DNA from: Botryllus schlosseri | Lineage: Eukaryota | Direction of reading: 5' to 3' | NCBI GenBank assembly: GCA_051294905.1 | Contig: CM119372.1 | Span: forward strand, 19,656,001 to 19,720,000 | DNA: 64,000 nucleotides | Part shown: one piece after another, positions 37,966 to 50,164 of the stretch | How the letters are laid out: each line of letters begins with the position of its first letter | How positions within the stretch are numbered: the stretch's first letter is position 1 | The notes under the pieces: model-generated | Told to the model about the DNA's origin: nothing | What the model saw: only the letters and a program-made list of their open reading frames with translations | Database searches by the model: none | Translations under genes and position numbers: made by a program

Positions 37966-38059
37966 GCAACGATCTGAACATGGACCCCAATGTGCTATGC
38001 AAAGGCCCCCTACACATACGCGGACAAAAGCTAACTGAATTACAGCGGTTATTGAAAAG
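37966..38059 (+). CDS. MRPL51: Mitochondrial ribosomal protein L51, exon 3
   Basis: Acceptor cattccag|. NDLNMDPNVLCKGPLHIRGQKLTELQRLLKR matches mL51 P..L..GP...RG.K..ELQR. Donor AG|gtatgg. Confidence 0.9.
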
Positions 38060-38123
38060 GTATGGGCTTTACTTGTTTTATGGGACTGTGTTTTGTTGTA
38101 GCAATAAAAATGCACACTTACAG

Positions 38124-38286
38124 GCGAGAGACATTTGGCGGCAGGATGCACGCCGAGTCTCTAAACCAGATCGACAAAAGAATACACTATCTCTTGAAAC
38201 GCCAGAGCAGAGTCAGGCACAGACGCACCAGGCACAAAAAAATCGACGACTGGGTGGTTCCCGTCATTAAAGAAAGATTCGAATGA
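38124..38286 (+). CDS. MRPL51: Mitochondrial ribosomal protein L51, last exon
   Basis: Follows a 64-bp intron with acceptor cttacag|. RETFGGRMHAESLNQIDKRIHYLLKRQSR... matches mL51 G.RM...L..L.KRI.YL.K. Confidence 0.9.
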
Positions 38287-38897
38287 GTCGAACTAGTCCT
38301 GTCCTCTGCGTGCATTTTATATATCAAGTAAATACATTTGTTTTTCACGTCAAACTTGGGCCGCGTCTGATTGTATTTCGACTTGAAATGGTTTTCTCCG
38401 AAAAAATGTTCACGGTCATAGCTTAGCACTGACGCGGGGGCTCAAATGCTGAGATCGCGACCTAGCAAGCGACGGCGCAGACACTATTGGTCGAGCGATT
38501 GGCATTGTATTGTTAGATACACACTTACACAGTTCAAGTACGCTTAGCACTGACCAATGAAATTCCGAAAGTCAACTTTATGCTGGTTGAAGGGGAAACT
38601 GATATCGTCCCATATTGAAGTCGGCAATGCGAGAAATTCCAGCAGAAGCAATTTTCCATGCATCTAAAAGATGTTCATGAAAGGCGCGATTCGACTCCAC
38701 CTATCCCTGTGCTATGGACAAAATAAATAAACTACGTCCCACGCGTCATTTCTTCTTAACCCTTAAACACGAAATTTCTGTCAGGCACTTCTAATCTTCA
38801 CCGTTACACTGTCGCGACAGAGACAGAATTTTAGATAGTTGTCAGCCGCAATTACGAAGCGATTGTGTCTTGAGAACCAAAACGGCTTAGTTGCTGT

Positions 38898-39112
38898 AAT
38901 TTGGGCCAATGGTTCTTAGTCTTTTTGGATTCATGGTTCTGACATTATGTGGGAAACACCTAATTTGCATACGTTAGGTCAGAATTCGGTCAAAATTTTA
39001 ACATTTTTTTACCTAAAAAACATTATTTTGACCTAACGTATGCAAATTAGGCGTTTCCCACATAATGTCAGAACCATGAGTCCAAAAAGACTGAGAACCA
39101 TTGGCCCAAATT
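38898..39112. repeat. Near-perfect palindrome (84-bp arms, 47-bp spacer)
   Basis: 38898-38981 versus the reverse complement of 39029-39112 shows three substitutions and no indels. Confidence 0.92.
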
Positions 39113-40394
39113 GTACTACTTTTATCTTCATTTCTGGTTGGAACTGTCTGTCCTAACGAAGTAGTTTGACCTGGGAAAACTTTTTTGACTCAAAAACTGA
39201 CAATTTTTTACATGAAAAAACTCCCTATTTTTTACGAAATCTGGCCCTATCAAGAATTGCAGCAGTTACATCACGTATTATGGTAGAAATAATTAAAATT
39301 TGTTGTAGAACAACGAAAGATACTTCCCTACATTCTCGGGTGGAGAAAGAACGTTCAACAGCAGCAGTTGTTGGCTGACAACAATGAAGTTGTGCGTATA
39401 CTGCTGGTGACACACTGTATTAATTCATTCTGACAATGGTGACGCCATGTCAACCTATTTGTTTCATTTGAATGTTTATGCTTCATAATGAGCAGACAAT
39501 GGGCAGTCTACAGCCATACGCCTATAAAGTAGGCTAAAAGCTGTAGTGTCAAATGCAACAGTGCAAAATCTACTATGCAACGAAATGCAGGTTGCAAAAA
39601 AATGTTGACATTTTTTGACCAAACGCCACAATTTTGACAAAATTATGACTTTTTTTGACATGTCAAAAAAATCGCCCTACTTATCAACTTCCTGCATGCT
39701 ACTATATATATCTGGACGAGTTGGCGTTCAGCTGCCATTGATGTGGAGGACCCGGTTTCATTATCGGCAGTAGTACGTTCCGTTCTCCTCTTCTACGTCC
39801 ATCGTCCTTATAAAAAAGTCCAGAGAAAGACCCGACGCAGGACGAATTCAGTAAAGGGAATGAAAGAAATCGAGGAAGCCTAAACAAGAAAGATCAAGAT
39901 CGAACACCGTTATATCCTGCAACAGGCCGAGTTGGATGCCAAATTGAGAGACCGTACTTGGTAGTTTCGGTATCTCCCTGTCTGTTCGTTGAATTGGATT
40001 GTAGGCTACATTTGTGTAGATTTGGGCAGATAAAAATAATATAATGTCCAGAATTTGGATTCTTTAGTTTTTGTTCTAAGTCGACCTTGCTTAGCACATT
40101 TTCTCGCGGCACCCCTGAGAAGTCCAATAGGCAGCATGAGTTGAGCCCCGGTTGAAAACCACTGAATTGCCGTGCGTTACCAGCGCTCAGCGGACGACGT
40201 TCAGTCAGATTTTGAGGTTTATTACCGTGTCAATGTGAAGCTTTGTCACTGGTACCAACCTTTTTTAGTCGTAGTTATTAGTTACGTCGTCCGTTGATCG
40301 CCGGTACCGCTCGCCTCGTTACCGCGTAAATGAACCGCCGTGAATTGTAAGACAGAATTTCTTTCTATGCTTAATATCCGTCTATAATACAATA

Positions 40395-40834
40395 CGTGCA
40401 TCCATACTACGTAGCCTACTATCAATTAGTCGACAGGAAAGATCATCGCTCTATCAAATATGCCGGACCTAATTTATGGAACAGTATCTCGCGTGCTATC
40501 CCACAGTCGTCGAGCATGTCCAATTGTCCATGTCATTGTCCACATTCAAGTCGAAATACAAGGAATTTCTACTGAATAAATACCAGTCAGCCCTCAAGTT
40601 TACCGGACCACGACCTAACATATCGATCTCGCCTTCCATGACATGCTTGTCCTATTGTATCATCTTCTTACTCTTCATTCAATGTGCAACTGTGCCTCCT
40701 CTCTACATCGCCTATGCCCGGGTAGGTGTCTGATACCGTGCAAATTATAGTGAGGAAAAAATTCAAAAAATGTATACTATTGGACGTGAATGTTTGTGGA
40801 CATTGCCTTTACTATATTTCATGGTTGACGAATA

Positions 40835-40866
<32 letters not shown>

Positions 40867-40968
40867 ACTCCAAGTCCTTTCGACACCTTTCTATCTTGTC
40901 GTTGTTTCGCAGTCTTGTTGTGTTTTGAGATGATGAAACTTCTAATAAACCTATACTGATACTGATAT
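40395..40968 (+). mobile_element. LINE 3' remnant with an inserted (TC)n-tailed fragment
   Basis: Matches 8570-8800 and 10547-10680 (SIKYAGP..., STFKSKYKEFLLNKY) and ends AATAAA plus (TACTGA)n. Segment 40736-40866 is foreign. Confidence 0.78.
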
Positions 40969-41135
40969 AGGCTATATTGCAAGGTTTCCACACATAGCGT
41001 AAATGTTCAATTGTTAGAATGCTCGTATTGACTCCAGCCTACGCCAGTGCTGGGTTATTGTTATCGGTTAAATGCCCAGGAGAGCGACCCGGGCCAAATT
41101 CAAATATCATTGATATCATTGATTTCGCCGTGTCG

Positions 41136-41322
41136 TCATCTCGTTCTGTTTTGATTCGCGGTTCTGCGACCAATTGTCCGTTTCTTCAGAACAGCAAGCG
41201 ACGAGGCCGATCGCTCGAAATCACCGAAATATACATTTTCTATTTTGGAGGGGTACAGTTCTTCCGCGGCTGATGCCATGGAATATTCTTCAGTTTGAGG
41301 TCCGTCAAATGTACGTGAAGCG
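41136..41322 (-). CDS. Orphan coiled-coil gene, exon 6 (terminal)
   Basis: Acceptor cctaccttctattacag|, phase 2. Encodes ASRTFDGPQTEEYSM...RTANQNRTR*. It matches donor AG|gtatac at 41631. Confidence 0.6.
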
Positions 41323-41631
41323 CTGTAATAGAAGGTAGGTGTATCATGATATTACTACGATTATTCGGTATTTAGACTGATTCTAATCTGAATCATTCGT
41401 CAGAAATTGCGGAGATACTATTTGAATAATAACCGGAGGTAGCTATCCGAGTACTTTTTCGATTTGAATATGAATATATTACTCAATTGTATATTGAAGT
41501 TCTTTACCTTCAAGATTCTCTTCAGATAAGACTTCGAAATATTTGATGCAATTTAGATTATGACGTACGATTATAGATGTCATAGCTGGAAATGCTAAAT
41601 TTCAAACAGACACGAGCCTTTATCTGTATAC

Positions 41632-42721
41632 CTTGACATCTCGCATGCAGCAGCTTGGTTAACTGGTGGCATGCACGTGCACGAGCGATACATGGAATTA
41701 GTAACACCATCGGCAGCTTTACCCCGCGGCAACGCATAAGTCCGAGGGCTAACAGTTGAAGGAGATCGCACCACGGAACCTTGTCGAACTTTTATAGAAT
41801 CAGCTAGTTGGCGGTCACGAGCTCTCGCAAACGAGTTATACATCTCCCTCCGCTGTACCAAGAGTCTTTGCTTGTTCCAACCGTGGCATTTGCCACAGGC
41901 CGCAGGCCCTGTGGCGCTGGTCATACTGGATGTGACTGGAGTACATGCATCTGTGTTGGGAATGCAGTAACCATGGTATTGTGCAGCTGATAGGACGTGG
42001 TCGCATGGAGGTTTGTCGGAGTTTAGAGAATAATACGACGGGGGGACGGGAAATGCGAATCGGTTGTGATTTGTTGACGTGTTCGAATGTTCACTGGAAG
42101 CTATGCGGGGTGATATGCTTTCATCAACAAACGTTGGTTTTTTTATTACCGCTGTGTTGAAATATGCGAATCTGTCTGAGTCCGAATCACGTTGAAATCT
42201 GGAAGCGTTGTTATATACGTGAGTGCGACTTTGCGCGCCTCCCAGTGACTTAGTTGATGATGTTGGCCATGATTGGTAACCCGCGGGGTCAGAGTTCGAC
42301 ATAACCGCTACAGGATAAGGATATGAGTTGTAACTGAATACCGGCATGTGCCTCGGGAGCGGAGCTTCGAAATATTGCGGCTGCATCGCGGAAAGCTCCA
42401 CAGATGGAAAGTTTCCATAATGCATCGACTCATTTTTATATTGAGAGTGTGTCCGTCTTTTATCGTGTTGGGGTTTGTTGAGACTTGATCTTCGTTTACT
42501 TGCGAAATAATTGCGTTCACTGCGACAATGTGACCCATATACGCCCGGTGATGGAGAGATCCCGTCAATTATTCCAGAGGTAGATATCTTTTCAGTCAAG
42601 TTCTGCAACTCTGTCTCAACGAGGCGAAGTTTTTCTTTGAGCTCTTTCTTGACTTCTTCCCTATGCATTTCGCTGTGCCGTCGGACATTATTCGCATTCT
42701 TATTCGCTTTGTCGATCAAAC
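41632..42721 (-). CDS. Orphan coiled-coil gene, exon 5 (end of coiled coil plus S/P/Y-rich low-complexity region)
   Basis: A 1.1-kb open frame, the longest in the window, with acceptor ttattttccgaccag| (phase 1). Reading through the donor would end at the 41595 stop. Confidence 0.8.
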
Positions 42722-43098
42722 CTGGTCGGAAAATAAGTTATTGGCATCGCATACGTTTCAGAATTGGATATCCGAAACAATTAGAAATTTGGGAGCATTT
42801 GGATTAAAAGTAATATCGCCACGATTAAACGCCTATTCTTGTCTGCCAAACATATTCGTTTACTCGAATTGTCGCGCAATTTCACTTGTGGGCATCTAGT
42901 TGAACTCGTTACTCATACGACTTATTGGACGCCGGATTACGTTCTCATTTGTTTGGCCATATCTCATAGTGGCTCGCACAATGAAACTTGCATTAAAAGG
43001 GGGTCGCGAACTGAAAAGGTTGGGTAGTACTGGTTTAAAGGTCTATGGAGTTATATCATGCTGGGCCGTCACAAAATGAATAGCAAAGTATCAGGAAC

Positions 43099-43217
43099 CT
43101 TTTAATTTGGAGTTGGTGATCGCCAGACCCTTTACTTTCTGCTCTGTTGAGGCAAGGTGATCCTCCGCCTGTCTCAATTGACTTCGCAACAGCGTGGCTT
43201 GTCGAAAAAGTCTTTCT
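43099..43217 (-). CDS. Orphan coiled-coil gene, exon 4
   Basis: Branch-like ACTAAC, then ggcag|. Encodes ERLFRQATLLRSQLRQAEDHLASTEQKVKGLAITNSKLK. Phase 2 in and phase 1 out bridge exons 3 and 5 exactly. Confidence 0.72.
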
Positions 43218-43249
43218 CTGCCGTCACGAGTTCAAGCGTTAGTTCAATA

Positions 43250-43801
43250 TAGGGTTGCATTTAACACAAAATTCAATTGAAAATATTTTTTTTCAAAATA
43301 TGTTGTTTTTTTTTTAATGTTTTTTTGTTTTAGCCATGACGTCGCGAATCCTTAATTGTGACGTCACAGTGGATCGAAATTAACAATTGAAAATACTGGG
43401 TAAATATGTCTCCTTCGGCGAAAAAGGCTCCCGATAACTGTTATAAACAGCCCAAAAATATCCTTGGCCGGGGCTTCATCGTTATGCAGCATTTTTAACG
43501 TCGGCCGTCATCATCATCCGGAATACCCATTTCGTACCAATGATCTATATCTACAATAGACATGCTATAAGTGTTGAACCTACGACGATTTCGAGAGTTC
43601 CAGTCACCCCATATCGCATACGTCGACTATAGTGGGTGCCAATCGTTCATAGGTTCATGCTACATGTTTTTTTAGAAAATATTTTCACAACTGTGGCATG
43701 ATTATACAACGTTTGAGAAAAACACAATTTTTTTTTTAAAGTCATGTTTTAAACATGGTAACAAAGTGCTTTAAAACACCACTTTTTTAAATGCAACCTT
43801 A
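43250..43801. mobile_element. hAT MITE
   Basis: TIRs TAGGGTTGCATTTAA...TTAAATGCAACCTTA and TSD GTTCAATA/GTCCAATA (7/8). Confidence 0.82.
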
Positions 43802-43924
43802 GTCCAATAGAATAGTTATGTGACCTTCTGATGCTAAATGGTGAGAAGTCAATTTGCAATTGAATGAACTCATCGAATCTTTATGATACTGCAATCATGA
43901 TGATCTTTAGCTTTAGATCTAGAC

Positions 43925-44792
43925 CAGGGGCGGCCAAACCGTTACCTGCGGGCCATAAGTGGCCCACGAGGTAATTCTAGAAATTATTTATAACATCAGG
44001 TAAAATTGCAAGGCCAAACAAGATTTGATTAGCCTGACCGCGAAATTTGATGATGACTAAAACATCAGTTCCGACGCATTGGCGTATCGAGGGGCCAGCC
44101 ACATTTATCGCAGATCTTCGTATATGACCATACAGTAGAATATTTCGTAGCAGATTTATGACTTGAAATTTTTCTTAGCACTTCGCATGATTTATTGTCA
44201 CTCGATTTCTTGCATTTAGTATTGGAGCCCCTTCCTGAAAATCGCAAATACGCGCAATGTACAAAATTGAGTCTCACTATATTCGCAATTAGGAGATAAC
44301 GTGTAGTCCAACATGAGACTTCGCTTGTGCGCTCGCAACGAGATCATCGGCGATAAAACATTTGCACAAAATGGTAGAGGCATGTTCACAGAAACCTTCG
44401 ATATTGCGATATCTGAACGCCGAATAATCCTGTCCTTGCCAAATATGACCAGTGGTATACAGAGGCGACCCCAAATATGCAAGTACCATATTCATTGATC
44501 GAATTCATTCATTACCTTTGAAAAAATCTCGCGCCTCGCGCGACCAGGACATGTCTCCACAGTGCACACTGCACACTGAACAGTTGCACACAGAGTTTTA
44601 ACGGCATAATTGTTATCAATTTTAAAGCGCAGTAGTAGGCTATAAGTCTTGTTATCAACGTCACCTAATTTGAATCGCTCCTATCGGGCGATCAAAAAAA
44701 CGTCATCAACACTCAAGTGGCCCGCGGAATGGTTCGTAAAATCTCATGTAGCCGAAAAGGTTGGCCGAAAAGGTTGGCTATGGCCACCCCTG
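43925..44792. mobile_element. hAT/Charlie-like element
   Basis: Ends CAGGGGCGGCCA...TGGCCACCCCTG. Flanks are ATCTAGAC and GTCTACAGTCTAGAC. Confidence 0.75.
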
Positions 44793-44814
44793 GTCTACAG
44801 TCTAGACTCTAGAG

Positions 44815-45509
44815 CAGAGTTTCTGAAACTTTCCCCACTTCGTCTACCTCTTATTAATTATTTACATGTATGGCGTACTCCTCACAAATAATGTTGTATA
44901 CAGTGTGCGCAATTGAAGGAAATATCCACACAGGCTATGTATCTACACTTTCAAACATCATTCGACTGCGATAGATGACGTTTGACGCTACTTCGCCGGT
45001 AAGTCTGGCATTGGAAGTGAAGGGGAAAGAGCAAAAGATTCTTCACACATTTATCGACACTGCTGGTATCGACTTTGCCATGCTAGACCTGTTCCATAAA
45101 CTATAGCCTGCTCATCATTATACATGAGCAAAATTCAGAAGATTGCAATAGTGATAAAAGCCAGTAGAGCATTCATAATAAGCGATGATACTGGTTCTGA
45201 AACTTCTGATAAAACTATTCCGATATTGACAGTAGGCCTAGGCTACGTAGTAACTCTTATCACATGCGACAGTAGAGAAACAGAACTTCACTGCGGATAA
45301 TGAACATGAGGCTACGTTACACGGCAATGTAAATAATGGTTGTATTAAGCCTTGATAAACGCTACATTGAATGATATTAAACTTAACTCTCGATTTTCAC
45401 ATATTTCCGAAAGTCACCGTTGCAGAATATTGCCTCAATTCCTGATAAATGACGTTGCTCGCGTACCCCCGAAAATTCTCTCGCGTATACCCCGGTTTGA
45501 GAACCCATT
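44815..45509. mobile_element. hAT/Charlie-like element
   Basis: Degenerate ends CAGAGTTTCTGAAAC...GTTTGAGAACCCATT with a perfect TSD CTCTAGAG. Confidence 0.72.
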
Positions 45510-45664
45510 CTCTAGAGCAAAGGCGGGCAACGTCTCCAGTCGGCGGGCCGGATATAGGAAAATGAGTACTTGGCGGCCGGATTGCTAAATCGATACATTA
45601 TTCGCCTATTTATCCACATGTACAATGAATAAATCGTATTTAATGAATGTATTTCAACGACAGA

Positions 45665-45814
45665 GGTGGCGAGATAGCGCAGTGGTATAATCCGCGACTG
45701 CAACACCGGCGGGTGCGGGTTCGAGGTCGACTTCAGAATTCCGATACCTAAGTGTTGGAAGTTTACTTACGCTCCTCCTCGCCACTTCATCCGCTTAAGC
45801 GGTGTCTTACAAAA
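45665..45814 (+). mobile_element. tRNA-derived SINE
   Basis: A-box TAGCGCAGTGG, anticodon-loop-like CTGCAAC and B-box GGTTCGA. The 3' end CTCGCCA..ATCCGC.TAAGCGGTGT recurs at ~50631-50660. Confidence 0.65.
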
Positions 45815-46104
45815 GGTCCGTGGACAATGGACATATGAGCATGCGACATTTCGGCATGCGACAATTTGGCATGCGACACATGAGCATGGGGGTTAAATTA
45901 CGGGTTAGGGGTAAGTTAGGGTTAGATTTATGGTTGGGTTAGGATTAGGCTTTAGGTTAGGCTAGGTTAGGTTAGGTTAGGCTATGTTTCGGGTTAGGGT
46001 AAGTTTTTGGGTTATACAGTCACATGCTGAAGTGACGCATGCTGATGTGTTCCATGCTGAACTGTCGTTTTTCATTGTGTCGCATGCTCATATGTCGGGC
46101 AACC
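45815..46104. mobile_element. MULE-like MITE carrying telomere-like (TTAGG/TTAGGG)n
   Basis: 9-bp TSD CTTACAAAA (45806-45814 / 46105-46113). Inverted arms GACATATGAGCATGCGACA / TGTCGCATGCTCATATGTC flank a central GGTTA array at ~45890-46012. Confidence 0.75.
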
Positions 46105-46501
46105 CTTACAAAAAGCAGTTACGGGAAATAATGAACAATATCGAACAATTTGGATTATGAAAAAATAGTATTTACGGTGATCAATTCTTTAATTATTTAT
46201 TATAGTGGTGCCCGTAAATACTATTTTATTAAAATCCAAATTTTTCGACGCCAATAACTCCGCTTCCACTGTTTGGAATTGAACCAAATTTGGTGAACAT
46301 CGTATCACTTTCATGGGGTGAACAGAAAATTTTGAATTTTGAATTTATTTATTTTTATATGATAAATAGAAACTTCATTCTCCTGTAGCAATGCGGCTGC
46401 TGGTTGGAATTGAACCAAATTTGGTGTGTAGGCTTAAATTATCAAGTAGCCAGTATGATTTGAGAAAAAAAATCATTTTTGAAGAGCCAACTGGGCATAT
46501 G

Positions 46502-47470
46502 CAGGGCCGTAACAGCACTTCGTCAGCCCCCCAAAAAAACTTGGGTCTTGGGCTCCCCATATGATGATAAGACGAACTTCTGGGAGGCTTTGCCCCCCAG
46601 ACCCAACGCAGGCTCTACACTGTACGCCGTTTACCGCTACTTATCATATCATCTAACATGGGGCTCCGTTTACTGAGTCAGCTTTTCTCGTCTAAACGCG
46701 CGAAGCGCGAAAAAATTCTATAATTAATGATCGAATCGGTAAATATGATCGGGAATTGCATACATATTGCTATTATTTTTACCCTCTCTCTGCTCACCTA
46801 ATCAGATTTACAGGTAGAGGTGAGTGAGGCGTGTAATGTAACATAATGTTATTTCGTGACCTCCTGCTGTATCAAAAAATATAGATTCGCCCAAACGTAG
46901 GCTAGTAAACTAAAAGACACACACGATTTCAAATTGGTATTTCTTCACTGGTATATAATTTTCCCCTGCGGGATGGTATTTGTCTTGTGAGGTTCAGATT
47001 GCCAAGACAGGAACATTCGGCGCCAGTCATTTAGGCGCCTTTGGACAATTAAACCTATGTGTATTTTGGATATATAACGAAGTTTTCGGTCAGCATAAGG
47101 GCAGTCCTTTTCGGCCAAGGTTTTCTCGCTGCCGATCGTTCTAGCACACTTCTTGGAGTCGCATGTTACATGGCCTAAAACTTTATATGTCTTGGTACAT
47201 CGTGGCGCGATAATGACCAACGCCGATATGCCCATTTCCATGAATCTTGCTTATTTTTTTTTTTTGGGGGGGGGGGGGGGGGTAAGAGTACCCAAAAATC
47301 AAGATATGTGTCAACTTGAAATCGCGCACAGCGCGAAAAAATTTTGAAAAAGTTGCATAAATTTTGAAAAAATGCTCTATAATTTCTGCTAATGCACGAA
47401 ATAATTTTGGGGCCCCTTTGAGCTCGGCCCCCCCAATTGGGGGGTTTGGGGTGCGGCAGTTACGGTCCTG
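46502..47470. mobile_element. hAT-type element, CAGGGCCGTAAC family (longer copy)
   Basis: TIRs CAGGGCCGTAAC...GTTACGGTCCTG and TSD GGCATATG/GGCATACG. Confidence 0.9.
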
Positions 47471-47580
47471 GGCATACGTGTGTAATTTTGGAAATGTACA
47501 GTCTTATTATGTGCCTAACATCATATCTATATCATCATATGTCCAATTCAAATGAAATATTATAATTGATGAGTCTAGAC

Positions 47581-50164
47581 CACTGGTTCTCAACCGCCGG
47601 TCCGCGACGACTTTCCTGCCGGTCCACCTGGAATATTTCGATTTTATACCTTAATTTCAAAATGCAACATGTTGAAGGCTTTTCCATTAATTGAATAAAA
47701 AAGTTCAAATTTCAAACTGATTCAGAACTTCGTGAGGTAACATTACGTCTGGAAACATGTTCGATTTCACTCGAAGTTCAAGCCGTGTCACTTGACGACA
47801 TGTGAGCTACAAGTGCGAGCTGACTCGCTATACCGCGCAGTTTGCACGATCATTCGTTTCGATTCATTCATTTTGTACCTGACCGTAACTGACATACCCC
47901 ATACCCCCTCCCCCAATCGAGGGTCGCCGAGGAGGCTCAAACCTATTTCGTGATTGGATATAAAGTATATGGTTTTTTAAAACTTTTTTCAACTTTTTTG
48001 CGAGCCTTGCACAATTTAGCGTCACGAAATGTCTTGCTTATTGGGTGCCGCTCCTCCATGAAATACGCGTGATATTTTGCAATTGGCATTTTGGCGTCAA
48101 GCATTGCCGCGCCACGACGCACTAATACATAATGAAGTTTAGGCTGCCATATGGGACACCGAAAATTGTGCCAAAAATTAGCCAGCGTGATTTCCTTAGT
48201 CGAATAGGACTGGCCTCTGTTGACCGAAAACATCGAAATATATATATTTATAATTGCTCATAGGCACATATATGGCAGTCGCCAAATCTAGCTCTTCTGG
48301 CAACCACTACCCCACAGGACAAATGCCATCCCACAAAAAATCTTATTTTCCAGTGAAGAAATACCAGTTTTGATAGTGTGCGTCTTTTAGTTTAGTACGC
48401 TTGGGCCATTTTAACATCTATCCACTATTTTACAGACAGCAGGTCACGAAATAAGGACGTGCCTTGTCCAAGACGACACCTCAGTCAGTTCTACCGGAGA
48501 ATTTGATATTTCTGAGAGGATAAAAAATTATAACACTATATATGCAATATATATGCTTCGCGCGATTAACCTACATAGATTCTTTGTCTACACTGACTAG
48601 ATTGAATGTGCTCACAGGTACTGGTGAATACTAGGGATGGTGTGAACCTCTGAAAGGTTCAGGTTCGTGTGAACACGAACCTTTTTGAAAGGTTCTGTGT
48701 GAACACGAACGTGAACCTCGTGACGTCATATTGCTAATTCCAACCCTTTCTTTCAAAGCCTATGCCCTATATTAATGTACGTACACGATACCTAGCGAAG
48801 ATTCGGCCCACATAATGCCACAATGCTGAAGTACATATCGGCGTTTTAAACGTCGCTAAATGTATCAACCGCGGTAATCAAAGGATATAATAATTGCATA
48901 AAATCAGTACATTCCGTCGCTTTGCCAACAATTTCGACGAGGACTTACCAAGGAATATAAGCTTACGCCTTAACGGTCTTAGCCAGACCGGACAATGTGT
49001 TCGGAGTCTGAGTATTGCTACATTGATATTGAGCAGAGTGTACAACGGGTTTCTATACTCGCTACCGATACCACAAACAACAAGCTGTGCAGCAGTAGCA
49101 CGCACCTTAATCGCACGGATCTGGTTTTAATGATACAGTAAAGATATGAAGTCAAGATTGACCCAGTACGACCGCTCGATTTTTTACATCAGAAGACGAT
49201 ATCAATGTCATTGATTGGTTGACTAAGCATCATTCGCTGACTACGTATATCGATTGCGGGTCAGGCTCACCGCAGAGAGTCACTAAATATTCACTAACGG
49301 AAAGCTGGATATTCCGAGAAAATGTTGCAACAAAGCAAGTAAAACTTTTAAGGTTGTCGAGGTGCATGGTGCATGCTCGTTTAGTGGTAATTTTTTATGC
49401 TGCCAGCACCATGCATGGAGTGGCACGCAGTTGAAATGCAATAAATTTGAGCCAAAAATCTTATCATGGAGTGAAAATTGCAATTTACCAAAAGGTTCAC
49501 AGTGCAGAACCCACCAAGGTTCTGTTGTGAACGCGAACCTCTAAATTTCTGAGGTTCACACACAGAACGCGAACGTGAACCTCACGTTCACACCATCCCT
49601 AGTGAATACATCCATCCAAACGTCGGGTACCCAAGATAAACAGTTTTGAGGGTAGACTGACCAAATGCCTTTTTGGTGCTCATTTTGTAGATTATGTCCA
49701 TGTATAGCTGTTGTCATGTCGTTTCGTGCATTGCATAGTATTTGTAGTAGCCAGAGTAGCCTAGCTTACGTTTAGTCGTATTGGGCAATGAACAATGTAG
49801 CACGACAAGGCGCTTGGTTCTACTCCGAAACTCTTCTTCTCTCGATTTTGTCGAAGAGAAAAATATTATTCGAGTTGGCGTTGTCGGTTAAATCCACGGC
49901 CATCGGCGTGAAAAAACTGTCTACAACTCTCGGCGGCCGACTCAGCAGACTCACAACCTTACAATCTCTGGATGCCATAATGAACTTGACATAATTAATT
50001 ACAATCAAAACCCTCAAAATGCGAATCCCTAGCACCAAATACTTGCAAAAAACGGTAGCATAATTTACATTTTGGTTAATTTCAATTTTTGAAACTCCAC
50101 CGGTCCACAAAAGATTTTTTGAAATTTTACCGGTCCGCGAGGTCAAAAAGGTTGGGAACCACTG
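47581..50164. mobile_element. hAT/Charlie-like element with two nested insertions
   Basis: TIRs CACTGGTTCTCAACC...GGTTGGGAACCACTG and a perfect TSD GTCTAGAC. Confidence 0.87.
48632..49601 (+). mobile_element. ~1-kb hAT MITE (GTGAAC family), copy 3
   Basis: TIRs TAGGGATGGTGTGAAC...GTTCACACCATCCCTA and a perfect TSD GTGAATAC. Confidence 0.92.

Noticed and set aside
39780..39965. Coiled-coil-like coding fragment on the + strand
   Set aside because: There is an in-frame TAA, no consistent splice sites and no recognisable family.
45665..45740. tRNA-Cys-like gene
   Set aside because: A and B boxes are present, but the acceptor and T stems do not close and a repeat-type 3' body follows, so it is better explained as a SINE.
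49788..50146. Overlapping ORFs as extra exons or a transposase
   Set aside because: They lie inside the 47581-50164 hAT element, show no transposase motif I can recognise and are not needed for phase continuity of the orphan gene.
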